From IMG/VR virus record IMGVR_UViG_3300048579_000428, positions 1 to 48,676 of that record: a DNA stretch of 48,676 nucleotides. The stretch is one strand, 5' to 3'. Under the pieces are notes generated by a model, which was given only the letters and a program-made list of their open reading frames with translations, did no database searches and was not told where the DNA came from. The DNA is from a virus. Taxonomy: Duplodnaviria > Caudoviricetes. Shown here in pieces: positions 1 to 7,216 of the stretch. The number at the start of each line of letters is the position of its first letter. The stretch's first letter is position 1. The translations under genes and the position numbers were made by a program.

Positions 1-62
1 TCAGTTGGTAGAGCACAACACTTTTAATGTTGGGGCCCTGGGTTCGAGTCCCAGCGGGATCA
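1..62 (+). tRNA. tRNA-Lys(TTT), 5' end outside window; prophage integration target
   Basis: D-loop TCAGTTGGTAGAGC, anticodon arm CAACA-CT-TTT-AA-TGTTG, T arm CTGGG-TTCGAGT-CCCAG, acceptor 3' strand CGGGATC plus discriminator A. Confidence 0.93.
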
Positions 63-1578
63 CTTGATGGGACAAGTCGGAAATTCTTTCTGCTTGTCCC
101 ATTTCTTTTTCGGCGAAAGCTGCGCCCAGCGTGAATATTAATCGGACTGCTTCATTTACTCGGGTGGTTCGAAAACCGGTTCCATCGTATACTAGTTTTT
201 CGGGGAATATCGAACCAAGGATCTGACGCCTGGCATCTGTGGTGGCATGACTGTACCAATGGTCGATGTGCTCCAGGACAGTGATGCCCTGCTCCAGCTG
301 AGGCTTGATGTTTAAAGGTTGCTCGCTCAGCAGAGCTACCTGGGCCTCGAGCTGGGAGATCCGCCGATCGGATTCGCGCTTGATGGTTTTGTAATCATCC
401 GGATCGATGGAATCCGTCAGCAGTAATTCCCTGGCTTTTACGCGGCGGTTTTCGAGCGTGACCATTTCCTTCTGAATTTCTTTTAACTGCTGCTTCTGCT
501 GCGCCTCATTGCGGCTGAGTACGTCCTGCAGAATCTGCAGGTAAAGGACCTTGACGGCCGGATGTGGCTTCCACTTCCGCAGCTCGGTCAGGATGGCTTC
601 GTTTACTTCAGCTGCAGGGAACCTGGTACCGCATGCAGAAGTGCAGTGGTAGTACTCGTAATGATGCTTACGGCCTTTGGAAGCGGATGCGGTGAGCAGC
701 CGGCTGCAGCTGTTATCCTTGCACTGCAGGAATCCACGGAGCGGGAAGCGATCGTCAACCGTGCGCTTTGTTTTCTGGATCTTCTTTTTGCCATCGAGAA
801 TATCCTGCACCTGGTAGAACAGCGCCTCGCTGATCAGCGGCTCGTGCTGGCCAGATACCATCTGCGCTTCCTCTCCTTTGTATGCTGGTACCAGGATCTT
901 TCCGCAGTACACTGGATTGCGAAGCAGGTTCCAGAAATTATTCTTACTGCAGTTTATTCCCCTGGCTGTGGTGAATTTCAATACCGACTCTGCAGAGTAC
1001 TTGCCGGTGGCAATGTCCTGGAATACTTCGCGGACGATATCAGCGCTGGCCGGATCCGGCTCGATCCATTTACTTTTTTCATTCTTCTTATTGACATAAC
1101 CGATCGGCGCCTTTCCCATGTAGCGACCTTCTTTGAGCGCCCGGCGCATACCGGTGGCCACGTTGAGCGATCGGCGATCGTTCTCCACCTCCGGAGCGGC
1201 CAGGTAAAAGGCCAGCATCATTTTGTTTTCCGGAATGGCCAGATCCAGTGGCTGCTCGATGGCCTGTGGTTCTACTCCCAGGCGGTTGAGTGTGGTGATC
1301 ATTCCGTAGGCATCACCGGCGTTTCTCGAGAAGCGATCCCACTTAGTGAAGAGCAGCAGATCTGTTTTGTTTTTTTCCTTGCGGATCTGCATGAGCATTT
1401 TCTTAAACTCGGGGCGCTCGAAGTTCTTCGCGGAGTGATCCTCGAAGTGCTTATGGCTGACGTATACGTTATTGATCTCGCACCAGCGGGTGAGCATTTC
1501 ATCCTGGTGGCGTTGAGAGAAGCCAGTATCAGCTTGCTCGTCAGTGGAAACCCGGATGTACAAACGTGCGATTTTCAT
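1..1578 (-). CDS. Large serine recombinase (phage integrase)
   Basis: N-terminal YIRVSTDEQ catalytic Ser motif, DRFSRN, recombinase domain, Cys-rich zinc ribbon, coiled coil; last ~20 codons run antisense through the tRNA. Confidence 0.95.
   Translation of the reverse strand: MKIARLYIRVSTDEQADTGFSQRHQDEMLTRWCEINNVYVSHKHFEDHSAKNFERPEFKKMLMQIRKEKNKTDLLLFTKWDRFSRNAGDAYGMITTLNRLGVEPQAIEQPLDLAIPENKMMLAFYLAAPEVENDRRSLNVATGMRRALKEGRYMGKAPIGYVNKKNEKSKWIEPDPASADIVREVFQDIATGKYSAESVLKFTTARGINCSKNNFWNLLRNPVYCGKILVPAYKGEEAQMVSGQHEPLISEALFYQVQDILDGKKKIQKTKRTVDDRFPLRGFLQCKDNSCSRLLTASASKGRKHHYEYYHCTSACGTRFPAAEVNEAILTELRKWKPHPAVKVLYLQILQDVLSRNEAQQKQQLKEIQKEMVTLENRRVKARELLLTDSIDPDDYKTIKRESDRRISQLEAQVALLSEQPLNIKPQLEQGITVLEHIDHWYSHATTDARRQILGSIFPEKLVYDGTGFRTTRVNEAVRLIFTLGAAFAEKEMGQAERISDLSHQVIPLGLEPRAPTLKVLCSTN
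47..63 (+). repeat. attL (core GGGATCAC at 56-63)
   Basis: AGTCCCAGCGGGATCAC; core repeated at 47146-47153 and full 17-mer repeated at 47245-47261. Confidence 0.85.
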
Positions 1579-2018
1579 AAATCAATTTTTAATTCCTTGC
1601 CGATTAATGCAAATACCAAATTCTGCAGTTGGTGCAGGTATTGTATATCAAAGTCAATAGAAAATCCAGAAAGTTTAGTTTGTAACTTTAATCTTCCTTC
1701 AGCACTGTACCACGCTAATTCAATATATTCTGAAATACTGTACCTGTATGAGTAAAAGGCGGCTTTATTATTTCCTGCTGTTAAGTGCTTTTCAAAATTG
1801 CAATTATCAAGTATTTTTTCAGTTAATGGTATTGGAGAAATATTCTTAGTAATAAGTGATACTGTTTGATGTTTTGGCTCTATCACTTCGACTTCACCAA
1901 ATTTGTTTACAGATCCTACTCTGAAAAAAATACCAGTATTAGGAATGATTGCCCCTGATACGGGGTTTTCTGAGCATGGATGAAAGTAATTGCCAATCCT
2001 AAATTCATTTGGTTTCAT
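1575..2018 (-). CDS. Phage hypothetical protein (AT-rich)
   Basis: 147-aa ORF coupled to both neighbours; IPLTEKIL...YLHQLQNL pattern typical of Bacteroidota phage early genes. Confidence 0.7.
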   Translation of the reverse strand: MKPNEFRIGNYFHPCSENPVSGAIIPNTGIFFRVGSVNKFGEVEVIEPKHQTVSLITKNISPIPLTEKILDNCNFEKHLTAGNNKAAFYSYRYSISEYIELAWYSAEGRLKLQTKLSGFSIDFDIQYLHQLQNLVFALIGKELKIDL

Positions 2019-2208
2019 GTGTCGTCATTTTTGCTAAGGTATAGAGAAACTCAGTAACTGCTGCTGCCTGGTCTTCTGTCAGCTGCAGTCCATTCTCCTC
2101 CAGGATCTTCCGGGCCCGGGCCGGGGTGATCCGGCCGGCCGGGCGTGCCTGGTCAGCTGGCAGGGTGGCCAGCTGAGGGGTGGATGGTATGGTGATTATA
2201 GATGCCAT
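2005..2208 (-). CDS. Small helical protein, candidate recombination directionality factor
   Basis: 67 aa, ITPARARKILEENGLQLTEDQAAAVTEFLYTLAK; resembles small ORFs seen upstream of Bacteroidota serine recombinases. Confidence 0.5.
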   Translation of the reverse strand: MASIITIPSTPQLATLPADQARPAGRITPARARKILEENGLQLTEDQAAAVTEFLYTLAKMTTHETK

Positions 2209-2214
2209 TAATTA

Positions 2215-2514
2215 CTAAGTAAACTGTGGGCGCTCATCAATCATTTTAATTATCGTTTCGAAAGGAAATTTGGATGTTGGTACCTGCTGTATCATTTCTT
2301 TTAGGGTAACAGAACTGGTGAAAAGGATATAGTTGGTGCCATTTTTCTCAATCTGCAGAACCAGTCTTTTGCCGTCTCCCTTTTCAAACTTTGATGGCTC
2401 AATCTTGTATCTGTGTACTATAATCGATTCATTCAGAATTTTATTCAATTTTATTTTGTCGCCTGTAAACGCGGCTACAGGGGCCTCGATCCCCAATTCT
2501 TTAAAGTTGTTCAT
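2215..2514 (-). CDS. Small protein coupled to DGR RT, candidate non-Avd accessory factor
   Basis: 99 aa; start overlaps the RT 3' end; beta-rich pattern ending FPFETII...QFT, unlike helical Avd. Confidence 0.65.
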   Translation of the reverse strand: MNNFKELGIEAPVAAFTGDKIKLNKILNESIIVHRYKIEPSKFEKGDGKRLVLQIEKNGTNYILFTSSVTLKEMIQQVPTSKFPFETIIKMIDERPQFT

Positions 2515-3460
2515 GCAGTAGTTTTTTAATTAGGTGGTTAGAGTTACAATGTTTGGCCCATCCATAATAGGATGCAGCAGATTGTTGGTTCGGGTTGGCC
2601 GCCATCATGCGGGCAAAGTTTTTCTTTATGGACTTTCTAAGAAGTATATGGGTATGGTAAAACTTATAGCCAACAAAATCTATCCCTCGGGCCCAAACCG
2701 GGAATATCTGGTAGTTCTTTTTTACGCTGAGCTTTAAATGAGTGGCCAGATAGGAAGATATTTTAGCAAGTACAGCGTGCAGATCTGATTTAGATCCTGA
2801 CAGGATAACCAGGTCATCGGCATATCGGAAATAATATTTTACATAGATAACCTCCTTCAGCCAATGGTCAAAATAAGTGAGGTAAAAATTTGCCAGGTAC
2901 TGGCTCAGGTAATTGCCGATCGGCAAGCCCGGAGCGCTGTCAATTATCTCATCCAACAGCCACAGCATATCCTGGTCTTTTATTTTACGTCTCAGTAATT
3001 GCTTTAGGATATCGTGGTTAACATTGGGATAAAACTTAGTGATATCCAGCTTCAGGCAATACTGTGTACCTGGTTGATCTTTTAAGGCCAGTTTAACGGC
3101 ATCGGCGGCGGCGTGGATACCCCGTTTTTTAATGCAGCTATAAGTATCTGCGGTGAAAACTGATACAAATATTTGCTCCATGACGTTCATAATCGCATGA
3201 TGAGTAATCCGGTCTGGGTAATACGGAAGCCGGTAAACGTCTCTTTCCTTTGGTTCGAATACCTTAAAAACCGTATAGGATGATGTGCGGTAGGTTCTGT
3301 TTACCAGGGCGGCCTGCAGATCCAGGATATTCTTTTCTCTGTTTTGATCATGGATCCTGACTCCGTACTGCCAAGACTTTCCCTTCCTGGCTTTTTCATC
3401 GGCCTGCTGCAGGTTCTCCAGGCTGCAAATTTTCTCGTATAAATTCCCGATCCTTTTCAT
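2501..3460 (-). CDS. DGR reverse transcriptase
   Basis: Likely start MKRIGNLYEKI at 3460; LKLDITKFYPNV, GLPIGNYLSQ (DGR-type SQ), YFRYADD, GIDFVGY; adjacent TR and VRs. Confidence 0.96.
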   Translation of the reverse strand: MKRIGNLYEKICSLENLQQADEKARKGKSWQYGVRIHDQNREKNILDLQAALVNRTYRTSSYTVFKVFEPKERDVYRLPYYPDRITHHAIMNVMEQIFVSVFTADTYSCIKKRGIHAAADAVKLALKDQPGTQYCLKLDITKFYPNVNHDILKQLLRRKIKDQDMLWLLDEIIDSAPGLPIGNYLSQYLANFYLTYFDHWLKEVIYVKYYFRYADDLVILSGSKSDLHAVLAKISSYLATHLKLSVKKNYQIFPVWARGIDFVGYKFYHTHILLRKSIKKNFARMMAANPNQQSAASYYGWAKHCNSNHLIKKLLHEQL

Positions 3461-3476
3461 GCTTTGCTTATTAAAA

Positions 3477-3660
3477 CTGGTCTTCACTTTCATTACCAAC
3501 CAGTCAAATTAATGTGACTTTTTTTGCCTAGTGGCAGGGTCTGCACTGTAACAGATTTCGCATAGGTGAGAGCTGACATTCGAATTCGAATAGTTGTTAT
3601 CGTAATCGTTGTACGCCAGGCCGGAGCCGGAGGAACGCAGCTCGTACAGTACACCACCTT
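3477..3660 (-). ncRNA. DGR template RNA (TR plus structured flanks)
   Basis: 5' flank TGTACTGTA pairs with 3' flank TACAGTGCA; downstream hairpins TGCC-ACTA-GGCA and AGTCA...TGACT. Confidence 0.7.
3560..3634 (-). repeat. DGR template repeat (TR)
   Basis: TCCTCCGGCTCCGGCCTGGCGTACAACGATTACGATAACAACTATTCGAATTCGAATGTCAGCTCTCACCTATGC; AAY-rich; aligns ungapped to both VRs. Confidence 0.96.
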
Positions 3661-3667
3661 TCTCCTG

Positions 3668-4033
3668 CTACAGCAGGAAATAATCTTCGTACAAATCTTT
3701 AAACTGTTCGCCGGCATACTCAGCTAAATCGCTTGTTTTGAAGCAAAGGCGAGAGCCGACACTCGAATACGAATAGTAGGTATCGTAAACGTGGAACGCC
3801 AGGCCGGAGCCGGAGGACATTCTGAACCATGGATAGTACTTCCATTCACTGGAGTTTTTCCAGTCTGGTTTCCATCCATCATTCAGCGCCTCTGCAATAA
3901 TTATCAGTTTTGCATGAGCGATAGTTGCTTTCTGATGATGTACAGGCATTCCTGATACATCCAATAAAGCTTTGCTGGGGTCAATATTCAAAGCCTTACA
4001 GGCGTCTTCAAAGGTTTTAATTTTTGGGAGCAT
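3668..4033 (-). CDS. DGR target protein 1 (121 aa)
   Basis: Contains VR1; paralog of target 2 (KTFEDAC, LNxGWxPDW, YPWF, GSRLCFKT). Confidence 0.92.
   Translation of the reverse strand: MLPKIKTFEDACKALNIDPSKALLDVSGMPVHHQKATIAHAKLIIIAEALNDGWKPDWKNSSEWKYYPWFRMSSGSGLAFHVYDTYYSYSSVGSRLCFKTSDLAEYAGEQFKDLYEDYFLL
3743..3817 (-). repeat. DGR variable repeat VR1
   Basis: 75 nt; 10 mismatches to TR, all at TR adenines. Confidence 0.96.
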
Positions 4034-4043
4034 ATATATTGTT

Positions 4044-4508
4044 TTAAAGAGTCATAAAATCAGAATAAATACTGGTGAATTGCTTACTGGCGTAGATGGC
4101 CAGTTCCCTTGTTTTAAAGCAAAGGCGAGAGCCGACAAACGAACTCGAATAGAGGTGAACGAAATCGTAGGGCGCCAGGCCGGAGCCGGAGCTGAGATCA
4201 AACCAGGGATAATGCTTATACTGGTCTCCATCAGTCCAGTCAGGAGTCCAGCCCTGGTTAAGGGCGCGAACGATTACTTTCAGTTTTTTATATGCTGCCT
4301 CATCAGGTGTATCACTGCCAGATAAAACATCTGAAACAGAAATACCGAGTTGAGCGCAGGCATCTTCAAATGATTTCACCTTATCAGTGATGTCCTGCGA
4401 TAAGAAATCCTTACCGAATTCCTCCTCCAGCAAAGACTTAAAAGTCCCAGCAGCTGTAGGGTAAAGCTCTAAGGCTTTTTGTGCTGTGATTTGTATTGTT
4501 TTTTCCAT
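4044..4508 (-). CDS. DGR target protein 2 (154 aa)
   Basis: Likely start MEKTIQ at 4508; contains VR2; paralog of target 1. Confidence 0.9.
   Translation of the reverse strand: MEKTIQITAQKALELYPTAAGTFKSLLEEEFGKDFLSQDITDKVKSFEDACAQLGISVSDVLSGSDTPDEAAYKKLKVIVRALNQGWTPDWTDGDQYKHYPWFDLSSGSGLAPYDFVHLYSSSFVGSRLCFKTRELAIYASKQFTSIYSDFMTL
4119..4191 (-). repeat. DGR variable repeat VR2
   Basis: 73 nt; 14 mismatches to TR, 13 at TR adenines and one T>C. Confidence 0.95.
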
Positions 4509-4644
4509 GTGATGATTAAGGCAGAACCGGTGCCGCGGTTTATATATACTTTTCAAATAAAAGTTCCTGAGTACTCTTTGTGGCCGGTGGCCGGATGATT
4601 GTACTTGGCGGATCCGGTGGCTCGTACTTTTCTCTGACCGGTAC

Positions 4645-4926
4645 CTAGATCCGCTCAGGGTTATACTTCTCTTCTTTTTTGATGATCCGGTACTCACCTT
4701 TCTTTTTGGAGTATCCGGCCAAACCCTGGTAGATCATATCGAGCATGATGCCGTGAAATACGGCCCGGCATACATCATAGCTCAGCACTCCGGGTATGTG
4801 CCGGCAGAGATCCCATGCTTCCAGTACGGTGATCTTGCCGGGCTGGTGCAGCCTGGGCAATAGCTCATCGAGCATTTTTTCCCGCAGATAGATCCGGGAG
4901 TTGATTGGGGTCTTTTTTGCTTTCAT
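4645..4926 (-). CDS. Hypothetical protein (possibly winged-helix)
   Basis: Start MKAKK overlaps the upstream stop (ATGA). Confidence 0.6.
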   Translation of the reverse strand: MKAKKTPINSRIYLREKMLDELLPRLHQPGKITVLEAWDLCRHIPGVLSYDVCRAVFHGIMLDMIYQGLAGYSKKKGEYRIIKKEEKYNPERI

Positions 4927-5396
4927 TTTTTGAGATTGAAAATTTCCCATCCAATCTGCCAGGTCGGATCTGTTCTATCGGACCAGAATTCATCCAGACT
5001 GCAGGTATAACCTTCTTCAGTGCAAATATTTCCGGCATGGCCAATTGTTATATACTCTTCATCGGCAAAATACCTGTGAGTAAGCTTTTGTCCGGATTTC
5101 ATTAGTGCTATGGCCTCTTGCTTTGTAAAAGAAATATTTACACTCATGTAGTTACAATCAATCACTTTTATTGCCATGGCTACCGCACCTTCTTCGAGGC
5201 CAAATTTTCCGCCGTATAGTATGTAGGTGACAATTGCCCAAATCGTTTTATCATTATAATTGGCCCCATCAAAGCCCCTTAAAATCAATGTATCGCCTTC
5301 ACGATAATTGCGATCGTCGATTCTTACTTCGAATGATTTAACACCAGTAGCGATATCATCCATAAACTCATCTAATGTTTTCAGCTCGTGTATCAT
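4923..5396 (-). CDS. ASCH/PUA (DUF3850-like) domain protein with extra C-terminal domain
   Basis: MIHELKT...GVKSFEVRIDDRNYREGDTLIL...VTYIL...GLEEG signature. Confidence 0.75.
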   Translation of the reverse strand: MIHELKTLDEFMDDIATGVKSFEVRIDDRNYREGDTLILRGFDGANYNDKTIWAIVTYILYGGKFGLEEGAVAMAIKVIDCNYMSVNISFTKQEAIALMKSGQKLTHRYFADEEYITIGHAGNICTEEGYTCSLDEFWSDRTDPTWQIGWEIFNLKK

Positions 5397-6037
5397 CTTG
5401 CCAGATTTTGACTGTTATGTACTTCCCGCAGTTGCGGGTCGATCAGCTCCACGCCGATCCATTTAAAGAACTCACGCTCGCTGGACCATGCTGGTGGCAA
5501 GGTTGGCTTTTCAATACTGTGGTAAAGCTTCCAAGTGTTCTTGTCTTTGCCGGTATTGAAACATTCCTCTTCTCTCCGGAGGCCAAGATTTTGCACTCCC
5601 ACCCAACCCTTCCGGCGCCAGGCATTGGCAATTACCTGGTGGGCGTAATCTGCGCTGCCGGTGCGAATGGCCAGCTGCCGGAAGTAATCGACCGGATCGG
5701 GCATGAACAGATCCAGATTGATACCGGGACAGTTCTTGCTGCTAGTGCGGATCTTCATGTACCGGCCTTCTACATTACCCAGGATAACTATATCGGTTAC
5801 TTCTGCCAGGGCTTCCACGAATGCCCGATCGGTGATCATTTCCTTGTTGCCAAAAAGATCTGACTGCTTCTCCTCCTGGTTGGGTATGCAGACTATCTCT
5901 ATATCCTTTACCTCCGGACGAAGGCGCCGGATGCTGCCGGCGATATCAATCCTCTGGCAATGGAAGGATAGCCGGGAATAGATGTAGTTGGCCGCCTGGG
6001 CGGCTTTACTGAACGGGTAAGTCTTTTCCTGTGTCAT
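5393..6037 (-). CDS. Minimal family X DNA polymerase / Pol-beta nucleotidyltransferase
   Basis: IAGSIRRLRPEVKDIEIV, NLDLF, RTGSADY, SEREFF...P.LR motifs of PolX palm and thumb. Confidence 0.85.
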   Translation of the reverse strand: MTQEKTYPFSKAAQAANYIYSRLSFHCQRIDIAGSIRRLRPEVKDIEIVCIPNQEEKQSDLFGNKEMITDRAFVEALAEVTDIVILGNVEGRYMKIRTSSKNCPGINLDLFMPDPVDYFRQLAIRTGSADYAHQVIANAWRRKGWVGVQNLGLRREEECFNTGKDKNTWKLYHSIEKPTLPPAWSSEREFFKWIGVELIDPQLREVHNSQNLAR

Positions 6038-6239
6038 TGGTATCTGGTATTTCTTCTATGGATAATGAGGAAAGGAATTCATCTGCTTTGTCTTCCCAGC
6101 GCCGGAGGTTATTCCGATTGGTACCACCATAATGTTCATCCCATATTTTCTTGAAGTGGCGTAGCTTCTGCAGCAGCTGGACCGCTTCCAGGAACTTCTC
6201 GGGTAACTGATTCTCGGGTATTACGATTTCTTTGGCCAT
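6006..6239 (-). CDS. Hypothetical protein
   Basis: 77-aa ORF in coupled early operon. Confidence 0.6.
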   Translation of the reverse strand: MAKEIVIPENQLPEKFLEAVQLLQKLRHFKKIWDEHYGGTNRNNLRRWEDKADEFLSSLSIEEIPDTNDTGKDLPVQ

Positions 6240-6457
6240 TAGTCTTCTATTGTTTTTGGATCCTGCAGTAAAATAGTCTTACGGTCACTCATCTGCTTTA
6301 CTGATTTGAAATCTTTCTCCAGGGTATGCCATTCGCGCCGGGCAGGCGTCTTGGCGTATATCCGGCATTTGTATTTGATGCCTGAAATATGCCTGGCTTC
6401 GTCCCGGATGATGGTAAATCCGGCATCCAGCAGCTTGGGGTGATTCTGTGAGGCCAT
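6239..6457 (-). CDS. Hypothetical protein
   Basis: ORF from MASQNHPKLL, coupled to downstream gene. Confidence 0.6.
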   Translation of the reverse strand: MASQNHPKLLDAGFTIIRDEARHISGIKYKCRIYAKTPARREWHTLEKDFKSVKQMSDRKTILLQDPKTIED

Positions 6458-6490
6458 GTGTGTTATTTGCCACAACCAGTGGCGGCGGGT

Positions 6491-6742
6491 TTAATGTTTA
6501 GGGCAATCGGGCATGTCTCCACCGGTATCATCTTTTTCGATTGAAATAGATTCACCAGTTGCTTCAAGTTGATGCTGATCGATATATTGCACTTCAGGCA
6601 TGGCACCTTTCTCATCAACTTTAGGTTTTACCCCGTACTGAATACAGCCGTTTAAATACTCAATCCTGGATACTGCTATCCCTGTAAAAGATGTAACTAG
6701 GTCTCTTAATTGTTGGCCGAGTTGAAATTTATGTGTATTCAT
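6491..6742 (-). CDS. Hypothetical phage protein (SH3-like beta barrel)
   Basis: FQLGQQLRDLVTSFTGIAVSRIEYLNGCIQYGVKP pattern common in phage early genes. Confidence 0.7.
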   Translation of the reverse strand: MNTHKFQLGQQLRDLVTSFTGIAVSRIEYLNGCIQYGVKPKVDEKGAMPEVQYIDQHQLEATGESISIEKDDTGGDMPDCPKH

Positions 6743-6773
6743 ATTTTATTGCCGTATCCGACGGCGGCGGGTT

Positions 6774-7196
6774 TTATTCTTCAGTTCCTTTTTTTGAAAA
6801 CACAGCTGTACTGGTAAGGATGCCATATGCCTTTGAGCCTTTAGGTAAAGCCTCCTTTGGGATTTCTGCCGGATGAGTGGCCAGTTTACAATTGACAGAA
6901 ACATCATCTGCAGAGACAAAATCCCGGAATGACTTACATACATGCGAGCTGTTAAAAGCCAGGCCACCGGCAGAATTTTCCCTGGTTTGAAATCCATCAG
7001 GATCCCCGATGATAACATACCAGTCTTCTGGAGCATCCTCATCCTGGACAATGGATGCCATTACAGGCTTTTTAATGCCCACCTCTTCGAGAAATTTTTT
7101 GCTCAGCGTAATCGCCCCCCCCTTCCCAAAGCCTATTGAAGGAACTCCTGTGCGGATTGACATGCTGTTTGTTGCGTCGAACTTGTTCAGTTTCAT
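6774..7196 (-). CDS. Hypothetical protein
   Basis: 140-aa ORF with AT-rich leader, downstream of primase-helicase. Confidence 0.65.
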   Translation of the reverse strand: MKLNKFDATNSMSIRTGVPSIGFGKGGAITLSKKFLEEVGIKKPVMASIVQDEDAPEDWYVIIGDPDGFQTRENSAGGLAFNSSHVCKSFRDFVSADDVSVNCKLATHPAEIPKEALPKGSKAYGILTSTAVFSKKGTEE

Positions 7197-7216
7197 TTTG
7201 TGAATTTTTATGGTGA

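Noticed and set aside
562-1755. Long plus-strand ORFs such as 562..1755, 8336..9244, 30553..31293, 35072..35983 and 36525..37478
   Set aside because: Antisense shadows of well-supported minus-strand genes; no motifs of their own
2501-3460. RT as group II intron, retron or Abi RT
   Set aside because: LSQ motif, short length, no maturase domain, and a TR/VR set with adenine-specific mismatches identify a DGR RT
3493-3717. 74-aa ORF across the TR as an Avd or other protein
   Set aside because: Overlaps target 1 out of frame; low-complexity translation of the TR; no Avd-like helical pattern
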